Positions 57,573 through 64,000 of a stretch of 64,000 bases of DNA are shown here, piece after piece. This stretch comes from an uncultured Bifidobacterium sp. Lineage in GTDB: Bacteria; Acidobacteriota; Vicinamibacteria; Vicinamibacterales; CAVVIG01. Under the pieces are notes generated by a model, which had not been told where the DNA came from, ran no database searches, and saw only the letters and a program-made list of their open reading frames with translations. The first letter of the stretch is position 1. The number at the start of each line of letters is the position of its first letter. The stretch spans positions 7,075 through 71,074 of the forward strand of contig CAYLTD010000019.1 in assembly GCA_964386715.1 (NCBI GenBank). The letters run 5' to 3'. The translations under genes and the position numbers were made by a program.

Positions 57573-58106
57573 TCAGGTATCGTCCAGCTCGGCGTTCCAG
57601 TACAGGTAATCGCGCCAACTCTCCGGCGCGTTGTGCAGCCCAATCGTAATCCGGATTGCCGGTGCGGACTCCGGGCGCTTCGGAACTCGCAGGAGGTGCA
57701 TGCCGGCCTGGGACGGGGTCCGTCCGCCCTTGCTCCTGTTGCACTGGACGCAACAGGTCACGATGTTCTCCCAGTCCTTGCGGCCGCCCTGGGCGACGGG
57801 CACGACGTGATCGAATGTGAGTTCGCTCGTCGGGAAGACGTGCCCGCAGTACTGACAGCGATGCTCGTCCCTGGCGTAGATGTTCGCCCGGGAGAAGGGG
57901 ACGTAGTCGAAACGGCGCTTGATCTTGATGTAGCGCAGCAGGCGGATGACGGATGGGAGCTTGAAGCTGATGGAGACGGCGCGGATCTCCCGGTCGTACA
58001 CGGAGATAACCTCAACCTTGCCCTGGCACCACAGCGTCACCGCCTTCTGCCAGTGGACAATCTTGAGGGGCTCGTACGACGCGTTCAGGAGAAGCGTCTG
58101 TTCCAT
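57573..58106 (-). CDS. HNH endonuclease family protein
   Basis: LLNASYEPL..V.W.KA..L......V.........S.....PSVIRL..Y..........FSR.NI..RD...CQYCG........T.DHV.P...GG...W.N.V..C..CN..KG. Confidence 0.85.
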   Translation of the reverse strand: MEQTLLLNASYEPLKIVHWQKAVTLWCQGKVEVISVYDREIRAVSISFKLPSVIRLLRYIKIKRRFDYVPFSRANIYARDEHRCQYCGHVFPTSELTFDHVVPVAQGGRKDWENIVTCCVQCNRSKGGRTPSQAGMHLLRVPKRPESAPAIRITIGLHNAPESWRDYLYWNAELDDT

Positions 58107-58252
58107 AGCATCGCTTCGACTGTTTCGCTGTTCCTCCGCTCGAGGCCTTCAGCAGTTTGCCCCGACCGTTGCCGAGGTGTCAAGGCGAGTGCCCGCTGTA
58201 AACACCCACGGCTGCGGTGGTTAGCGCTGAATGCCGATACAATGCCGAGGCT

Positions 58253-58810
58253 ATGGGGACGCGCGCGGCGAGGATGGGGTTCACTGTTGGGTCGGTCGCC
58301 CTCACCCTGCTGCTCACTGGCTGCGCAACGACCGGTGCCCGCCCGAAGCCATTCCCGACACCTGCGGCGGGCGAGGTGCCTCGCGTCGCCCCGCCCCGTG
58401 CCGGATCGGCGGCGGAAGCGGCCACTGCCGTCGATGCCAGCGGGCTTCCGTCGCTGGTGCAGACGGCGCTGGCACTACGCGGGATACCCTACCGTGCCGG
58501 CGGTTCCACGCCGGACGGGTTTGACTGCAGTGGCTTCACGCAGTGGGTCTTCGCCCAGCACGGCGTTCGGCTTCCTCGCGAGACGCAGGAGCAGTTCCAC
58601 GCGGGTGTGCCGGTGGCCCCTGGGCAGCAGCGGCCTGGCGACCTGGTCTTCTACCGCACGGGGGGTGGGTCGGTCTCGCACGTCGGCATCCTGCTCGGCG
58701 ACGGCTCGTTCGTACACGCGCCCAGTTCGCGAGGGGTTGTCCGGATTGAACCGATGGCGCTGACGTACTGGCAGCGCCGCTTCGTCGGATTTCGTCGGAT
58801 GATCGACTAG
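58253..58810 (+). CDS. NlpC/P60 (C40) peptidoglycan endopeptidase lipoprotein
   Basis: ATG 58253 gives MGTRAARMGFTVGSVALTLLLTGC (lipobox). The catalytic blocks are GIPYRAGGSTPDGFDCSGFTQWVF and PGDLVFY......SHVGI..G.G.F.HAP. Confidence 0.88.
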   Translation: MGTRAARMGFTVGSVALTLLLTGCATTGARPKPFPTPAAGEVPRVAPPRAGSAAEAATAVDASGLPSLVQTALALRGIPYRAGGSTPDGFDCSGFTQWVFAQHGVRLPRETQEQFHAGVPVAPGQQRPGDLVFYRTGGGSVSHVGILLGDGSFVHAPSSRGVVRIEPMALTYWQRRFVGFRRMID

Positions 58811-59637
58811 GCCGCGTGCCGCCGTTCGCGGCCCCGGTCCGCGCAGCGTGAGGCGTCGTGGAAGAACTGGCGCAGGTGCAGATCGGCTTCCGTGAACGAA
58901 GTGCGCCGCAGCGGAGCCCGCCAGGCGTCAACTTCCACACCACTCATTGCCACATCACAGGCGGGCTGTGGCTCGACACGCTCGACGAAACGCTGCGGAT
59001 ACGAGGGGAAGCCCCGAAAGCTGGTGCCGACCACCGCCGAGTACTGCGCGACCAGCCCGTTGAAATCGTGCCGCAGGAAATCGTACGCGGTGGGATCGGG
59101 TCGCGTATCGAGGTAGTCGGACACCATCTGCGCGACCTGGGTGAAGAAATGCGGGCCGTGGCAATTGGCCACGAACGTACCGTTCTCCCGCTCGAAGCGC
59201 CGGATGCCGTTCTGAGCCGGGTCGATGTGATACAGCTCGTGCACCACCGTGTCGAGCTTCGCAATCCAGGCGTCGCTGGCGCGCCGGTAGAAACGCTCTT
59301 TGCGCGAACGCTCCAGCGACTGATCACAGAAACGCGGGAGCGTGAACGAGATGAGGTACTTCATCGGCCGGCCGGAAACCGTGACGCTCGGTGATTTCGT
59401 CACGAACCACTCCGACCGTCTGGTGACCTCGCCGGTCCGGCGATCCCGCCAGAAGTAGTATCCAGGCTCGCTCGGTGGGAGGGTGAGGCAGTGGCAGGTG
59501 GCGAACACGCCGTCGGTGTGCGCCCGGCCGAACCGAGCAAAGACCAGAATGTCTTCCACGTCGATGAAGGACAGGGTCGGCACGCGCGCCACGATGTCGC
59601 GCATGAGCAGCGCGAGACGTTCCGTGTAGTTGATCAT
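58807..59637 (-). CDS. Hypothetical protein with HExxH zinc-metallopeptidase motif
   Basis: ATG 59637 gives MINYTERLALLMRDIV.... The single motif is DTVVHELYHID. There is no signal peptide and I cannot assign a family. Confidence 0.5.
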   Translation of the reverse strand: MINYTERLALLMRDIVARVPTLSFIDVEDILVFARFGRAHTDGVFATCHCLTLPPSEPGYYFWRDRRTGEVTRRSEWFVTKSPSVTVSGRPMKYLISFTLPRFCDQSLERSRKERFYRRASDAWIAKLDTVVHELYHIDPAQNGIRRFERENGTFVANCHGPHFFTQVAQMVSDYLDTRPDPTAYDFLRHDFNGLVAQYSAVVGTSFRGFPSYPQRFVERVEPQPACDVAMSGVEVDAWRAPLRRTSFTEADLHLRQFFHDASRCADRGRERRHAA

Positions 59638-59789
59638 GCGCCTGCGTCCGCCGAACACGTCAGGGGCCGTGCGCCGCCCGTGAAGTGGACGCAACGCGGG
59701 AAGCCACTGTCGCTCGCCATACGCCTGTTACCGATGCCACTCACCTTAGCCCCCGCCGGATAACGCGTCAAGCTGGTCAGGCTCAAAGG

Positions 59790-60542
59790 TTATCGTCCAG
59801 TCCTGCGGTCAGGGTCAGGTGTCGACAGCCGCTCGCCCTCGTCTGGCGCGGGTTGGGCGCGGGCCCCCATTCGCCTGAGAATGAGCCGCTGCCGCCGGCT
59901 GAGCCTCGCAGTGGGCCTTGCAGGGTTCAGGACCCGGGGGTTGATGATGGCGCCGGCGAGCAGTGCGGCTTCCTCGGGCCCCAAGGTCGCGGCAGAGTGG
60001 CCGAAATACGCCTGCGAGGCCGCTTCAACCCCGTATATGCCGTCTCCCCACTCGATGACATTCAGGTAGATTTCCAGAATCCGCGACTTCGAGAGTTCTG
60101 CCTCCAGCCGCCGAGCGATGATGAGCTCACGGAACTTGCGCAACGGATTGCGCGAGGGGGATAGATAAAGGTTCTTCGCGAGTTGCTGGGTGATCGTGCT
60201 CGCACCGCGTACCATCCGCCCGCGCTGCCAGTCGAGTTCGATGGACTTGCGCAGTTCGTAGTAGTCCACACCCTCGTGGCCCCAAAACGCCGCGTCTTCC
60301 GCCACCAGCACGGCCTTCGTCAGGCTCGGGGAGATGCGGCGATACGGGAGCCAGCGCTGGATACGCTGCGGTCGCCGCCCGGCGGCTGATGCTTCTCCAT
60401 CCCGCAGCCGCATGAAGGCTGTGGTCGAGGGGTTGTCCGAGCGGAGTGGCCGGACGTCGGGAAGCGTAAGGTACGCGTAGGCGAGGGCGGCGAACGCGGT
60501 CGCGACGCTTCCAACGAGGGCGACAGCGGCCCGGCGCAGCAT
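59790..60542 (-). CDS. mtgA: Monofunctional biosynthetic peptidoglycan transglycosylase (GT51)
   Basis: N-terminal TM segment. The GT51 motifs are LVAEDAAFWGHEGVD, GASTITQQLAKNLYLS, RK..E...A..LE...SK..ILE.YLN..EWG.G.YG and INP. Confidence 0.9.
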   Translation of the reverse strand: MLRRAAVALVGSVATAFAALAYAYLTLPDVRPLRSDNPSTTAFMRLRDGEASAAGRRPQRIQRWLPYRRISPSLTKAVLVAEDAAFWGHEGVDYYELRKSIELDWQRGRMVRGASTITQQLAKNLYLSPSRNPLRKFRELIIARRLEAELSKSRILEIYLNVIEWGDGIYGVEAASQAYFGHSAATLGPEEAALLAGAIINPRVLNPARPTARLSRRQRLILRRMGARAQPAPDEGERLSTPDPDRRTGR

Positions 60543-60545
60543 CGG

Positions 60546-61661
60546 TCAGGCCGGCGCAGGGTGATTCTGCCTGGTCAGCGCAGCGGTCAGCGCACTGCCC
60601 AGCAGCAGGACCAGCCGGGTGGAAGAGCTGTGTCCCATGAGGCCGATGCGCCAGATCTTCCCGGCCAATGGACCCAGCCCCGCACCAATTTCGATGTTGA
60701 AGGCTTCGAGCAGTTCGCGCCGCACGGCGGCCTCGTCGACTCCGCGCGGAACCGTCACGGCATTCAGTGTCCACAGCCGCTCGCCCGGCGGCGGCAGCAC
60801 CGAAAGGCCCAGCGGTGCGAGGGTTCCGATCAACGCCTGATGGTTGCGCTCGTGTCGCGCCCATCGCGCCTCGAGCCCCTCCTCCTCGATGGCTGCCAGT
60901 GCCTCATCGAGGGCATACACCAGCGTGGAGGACATGGTGTGGTGGTACTTCCGCCGCAGCCAGTAGTCCTCGAGCAGGGTCAGGTCGAAATAGAAGCTCC
61001 GGCACGGCACGCGTCGTTCCAATGCCCGTGGCGTAAACACGACAGGAGACAGGCCAGCAGGCGCCCCGAGGCACTTCTGCGTGCAGCTGTAGCAGGCGTC
61101 AATTCCCCAGGCGTCGACCTCGACAGGGTGTCCGCCGAGCGAGGTCACCGCGTCGACGAGCACCAGGGCACCATGGCTGCGCGTCACGGCGGCCAGGTGC
61201 TGCACGGGATTGAGCACGCCAGTCGAGGTCTCGGCGTGCACCATGGCGACGATGTCAGCCGGCGCGGCGCGCAGAGCCGCATCGAGTGCCGCGGGCTCGC
61301 AGGCCCGGCCCCACTCGACGGGCAGTCGCGTGACGACGGCGCCGTAGCGTTCACACATCTGTGCCAGCCGGTCGCCGAAGTACCCGGTGACGATGACGAG
61401 CACCCGTGTGCCCGGCGCGACGAGGTTCGCCACGGCCGTCTCCATGCCGCTCGTCCCGGTGCCGGACACGGCGAAGGCAAAGGAGCCTTCGGGCGCACGG
61501 AACACCCGGGTCAGCCTCGCCCGCACATCATCGAGCAACGCCAGCATGAGCGGATCGAGGTGACTGAGCGTCGGCGCCGCCATGGCGCGCATCACGCGTG
61601 GCGCCGTCATGCTGGGCCCGGGTCCAAGCAGGATGCGATCGATATCGGGCAAGAGACTCAT
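60546..61661 (-). CDS. Class V aminotransferase (serine-pyruvate / alanine-glyoxylate aminotransferase-like)
   Basis: ATG 61661 overlaps the upstream stop (ATGA). The product reads LLGPGPS......M......H.DP.......D....L...F...........SGTGTSGMETA..N, and the PLP-Lys block is YSCTQKCLGAPAGLSP. Confidence 0.88.
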   Translation of the reverse strand: MSLLPDIDRILLGPGPSMTAPRVMRAMAAPTLSHLDPLMLALLDDVRARLTRVFRAPEGSFAFAVSGTGTSGMETAVANLVAPGTRVLVIVTGYFGDRLAQMCERYGAVVTRLPVEWGRACEPAALDAALRAAPADIVAMVHAETSTGVLNPVQHLAAVTRSHGALVLVDAVTSLGGHPVEVDAWGIDACYSCTQKCLGAPAGLSPVVFTPRALERRVPCRSFYFDLTLLEDYWLRRKYHHTMSSTLVYALDEALAAIEEEGLEARWARHERNHQALIGTLAPLGLSVLPPPGERLWTLNAVTVPRGVDEAAVRRELLEAFNIEIGAGLGPLAGKIWRIGLMGHSSSTRLVLLLGSALTAALTRQNHPAPA

Positions 61662-62557
61662 GCGTATGCCTCCTCGAATGCTGCGAGCGCGGCGCGCAAG
61701 GCGTCGAGGGCCTCCGGCGGCGCTGGTTCCAGAGGCGGACGCGGCAGTCCGACGTCGACGCCTCGAAGCGCGAGAGCTGCCTTCAAACCCGCGACTCCCC
61801 ACGCGGAAGCGATCAGTCGGGCCAGCGGCAGCAACTGCCGCTGCAGCACTCGCGCCGCTTCGTATTGGCCGGACCGCATCAGGTCGAACAGGCGAACGCA
61901 GGGCTCCGGCAGCAGGCCCGCCAGGGCCAGGATGCCTCCCGTGACCCCGGTCGCCAACGCGGCCTGGAACGTCGAGGCCGAACCCGCCAGGACGGCGAAC
62001 TCCGGCAGCGTGAGTGCGACGAGATCGGACAAGTGAGGGATGTCGCTCCCGGATTCCTTGATGCCGCGCACGTTGGGATGTTGCGCCAGCTTCATGACGA
62101 CGTCGGGTTGCAGCGTCACGCCCGTTGCCGCGGTGAAGCTGTACAGCAGGACCGGCACGGGCGACGCATCGGCGACGGCCGTGTAGTACCGCTCGAGAGA
62201 CGCGCCGTTCATCTGCCCCTTGAAGTACATGGGAGTCCGGACGATGACGGCGTCGGCGCCCAACTCCGCGGCCGTCTTCACGGCGGCGATCGTGTGCAGC
62301 GTCGACTCGCGAGCGGCGCCCGCGATCAGGAGCCGACCCGCGGGGATCCCTGCCCGGGCGGTCGCAATCACGGCTGCCGCCTCGCCCTCGGACAGGAGGC
62401 CGGCCTCGCCGTTGGTGCCGAGCATCACAAAACCGGTCAGCGGGCTATCCACCCAGTGTGGGAGGGCGGCGCGAAGCCGGTGCTGGTCGACTCGGCCCTC
62501 ATCATCGAAAGGCGTCGGCAGGGGCGCGAAGACACCGTCGAGGCGCATGCGCTTCAT
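61658..62557 (-). CDS. Dihydrodipicolinate synthase family aldolase (DapA / 4-hydroxy-2-oxoglutarate aldolase-like)
   Basis: ATG 62557 gives MKRMRLDGVFAPLPTPFD.EG.VD...L. Then LGTNGEAGLLSEGE, and the Schiff-base Lys block VRGIKESGSD. Confidence 0.85.
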   Translation of the reverse strand: MKRMRLDGVFAPLPTPFDDEGRVDQHRLRAALPHWVDSPLTGFVMLGTNGEAGLLSEGEAAAVIATARAGIPAGRLLIAGAARESTLHTIAAVKTAAELGADAVIVRTPMYFKGQMNGASLERYYTAVADASPVPVLLYSFTAATGVTLQPDVVMKLAQHPNVRGIKESGSDIPHLSDLVALTLPEFAVLAGSASTFQAALATGVTGGILALAGLLPEPCVRLFDLMRSGQYEAARVLQRQLLPLARLIASAWGVAGLKAALALRGVDVGLPRPPLEPAPPEALDALRAALAAFEEAYA

Positions 62558-62662
62558 TGTATGGCGTCTGGAGGGGCGCGCACCGGGCGCGAGCCGGAAC
62601 GGTCGTCCGCGCGTTGACGGCAGCCGACCAGCGCTGCGCAGAGACATCCAGAACCCGACCGT

Positions 62663-62682
62663 GTGGCCAACGGGTTGGCCAC
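62663..62682. repeat. 20-bp palindrome GTGGCCAAC-GG-GTTGGCCAC; its 12-mer core GGCCAACGGGTT recurs exactly 100 bp downstream (62765-62776)
   Basis: Read directly from the sequence. It has 9-bp perfect arms. Both copies lie in the 490-bp non-coding gap upstream of the -24/-12 element at 62888. Confidence 0.6.
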
Positions 62683-62887
62683 TGCGATCCTGCGAGGAAA
62701 GCGTACGCAGGGGTGCACGTCAGCGCGGCGGGCCTGCGTCGCGCCAGGATGCGGTACGGGTGACGGCCAACGGGTTACCCGAACGCGAGTCGCCCCGGGG
62801 AGTCGACGCCCGCCACACGCTACCGCTAACCGTCTGACCAACCAGCAGTTGGGAGCGTCCGTGGTGTCCGCGTCAGTGACGGACCCC

Positions 62888-62902
62888 TGGCACCGAGCGT
62901 GC
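62888..62902 (+). promoter_or_regulatory. -24/-12 (sigma-54-type) promoter candidate
   Basis: TGGCAC-CGAGC-GTGC versus TGGCAC-N5-TTGC (one mismatch). It lies about 145 nt upstream of the S8 protease ATG at 63047. Confidence 0.55.
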
Positions 62903-63046
62903 CTTCACGTCGGTCATCTGCGCACACTGCTGCAGCCACGGCGCCCCGAACCTGACGCCCCGACTCAGGTATCGGCCGGGACGTGCTGCATCAATAGCGC
63001 GCCCCTTCGACCTGCTCAGGACCTGAGTGACCGAGTGGAGTGCTTC

Positions 63047-64000
63047 ATGGCCCGTGTCCCGCTTCTTCGAACGACTGCCGCTGCACTGCTGCTGCTCTGC
63101 CACGGGTGGGTGACGCCTTCGGCCGTCGCGGCTCCCCGGGCGCGACTCGGCGTCGACCTCGAACAGAAACTGGCCGCCGGCGCGCAGCGGATCGACGTCA
63201 TCGTGCAGGGCACGCCCGCCGAGGTCGCGGCCCTGGCTCGCCGCTACAACCTCCGCGTGCGCAAGCCGCTCAAGGCCGGGGCGGTGTTGACGGTGACGGC
63301 CGGACAACTGGAAGCCCTCGCGTCGGACGGGGCGCTGACGCACGTCGCGGAAGACGGGATCGTCCGGTCCGCGTATCTGGCGACGACGGCCATCGGCGCC
63401 GACCAGGTCTGGGAGGGGGTTGGGAGGCTTCGCGGGGTCAGCGGCCAGGGCATCGGTGTGGCGCTGATCGATTCCGGCATCGACCCGCGGCACGCGGCGC
63501 TCGTGAACCGGGTGGTGGCGACCAGGGACTTCATCGGGGGAGACGGGTCGGATCCCTTTGGTCACGGCACGCACGTGGGTGCCCTGATTGCCGGTGCGGC
63601 GGCGCAACTCCCCGAAACTGAGGGCCTGCGGGGCGTGGCGCCGTCGGCGCGGCTGATCAACCTCCGCGTGCTCGATGGGTCCGGCCTGGGCCGGGTGAGC
63701 GACGTCGTCGCCGCCATCGACTGGGCGATCGACAACCGGCACCGCTACAACATCCGGGTCATCAACCTCTCACTCGGCGCGCCGGTCACTCAGTCCTACC
63801 GGGATGATCCGATGGGCGAGGCCGTCGAGCGGGCCGTAGCGGCCGGAATGCTGGTCGTCGCGGCTGCCGGGAATCAGGGGACCCGAGACGGCACGCCGGT
63901 TTTCGGCAGCGTGACGTCGCCGGGCAATCACCCGCTGGCCATGACGGTGGGGGCCGTGGACATGCACGGGACGCCGGAGCGGTCCGATGACACGGTCGCT
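63047..64000 (+). CDS. Secreted subtilisin-like (S8) serine peptidase, N-terminal 318 codons; continues beyond the right edge
   Basis: Absent from the ORF track because there is no stop inside the window. My translation from ATG 63047, with GGAG 6 nt upstream, begins MARVPLLRTTAAALLLLCHGWVTPSAVAAP (signal peptide). An inhibitor-I9-like propeptide follows. The catalytic Asp is in GIGVALIDSGID and the catalytic His in DPFGHGTHVGALIAG. NLSLG and AAAGNQG are also present. The catalytic Ser would lie outside the window. Confidence 0.9.
   Translation, partial: MARVPLLRTTAAALLLLCHGWVTPSAVAAPRARLGVDLEQKLAAGAQRIDVIVQGTPAEVAALARRYNLRVRKPLKAGAVLTVTAGQLEALASDGALTHVAEDGIVRSAYLATTAIGADQVWEGVGRLRGVSGQGIGVALIDSGIDPRHAALVNRVVATRDFIGGDGSDPFGHGTHVGALIAGAAAQLPETEGLRGVAPSARLINLRVLDGSGLGRVSDVVAAIDWAIDNRHRYNIRVINLSLGAPVTQSYRDDPMGEAVERAVAAGMLVVAAAGNQGTRDGTPVFGSVTSPGNHPLAMTVGAVDMHGTPERSDDTVA

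Noticed and set aside
62873-63742. 289-aa minus-strand ORF, and the plus-strand ORF 63040-63621, at the right end.
   Set aside because: Both overlap the S8 protease reading frame, which has a clear signal peptide and catalytic Asp and His blocks. They have shadow-type composition.

Overview
This is a GC-rich chromosomal segment from a diderm bacterium, since LpxC, BamA and TamB are all present. I call about 57 protein-coding genes. I saw no rRNA, tRNA, CRISPR array, transposase or prophage by eye. Two genes run off the window edges and are missing from the ORF track: a class II ribonucleotide reductase at the left edge (minus strand) and an S8 subtilisin-like protease at the right edge (plus strand).

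Most of the content is core housekeeping:
- tamB-bamA plus a SurA-like chaperone
- a three-subunit biotin acyl-CoA carboxylase
- transaldolase
- hslVU
- dprA-topA-trmFO-xerC
- rplU-rpmA-obg-nadD-rsfS-comF
- tmk, lysA, lpxC, uvrA and mtgA

Envelope and secreted proteins are interleaved with these, along with dense signalling: two sensor-kinase plus sigma-54-activator pairs, two ECF sigma loci, and an HTH-receiver protein.

Observations most worth a second look:
1. A tightly packed operon at 48318-50925 encodes an ECF sigma, a STAS protein, an 88-aa helical protein and an atypical radical-SAM enzyme. The enzyme carries a SPASM-like Cys block at its N-terminus, reads CX3CX3C instead of CX3CX2C, and has an extra beta-rich C-terminal domain.
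2. An excisionase-HTH/receiver protein is translationally coupled (GTGA overlap) to an ABC-F ATPase.
3. Five -24/-12 (sigma-54-type) promoter matches, one a perfect consensus, sit in front of secreted or envelope genes and one kinase/activator operon. Candidate upstream activator sites accompany some of them.
4. A signal-peptide protein has an extreme Gly/Arg then Gly/Trp/Tyr low-complexity region and a PEGA domain.

The taxon cannot be proven from the sequence. The domain repertoire resembles Acidobacteriota or Gemmatimonadota, but that is inference only. Most long ORFs in the six-frame track are antisense or off-frame shadows, as expected at high GC. All family assignments come from motif recognition by eye, not from database searches.
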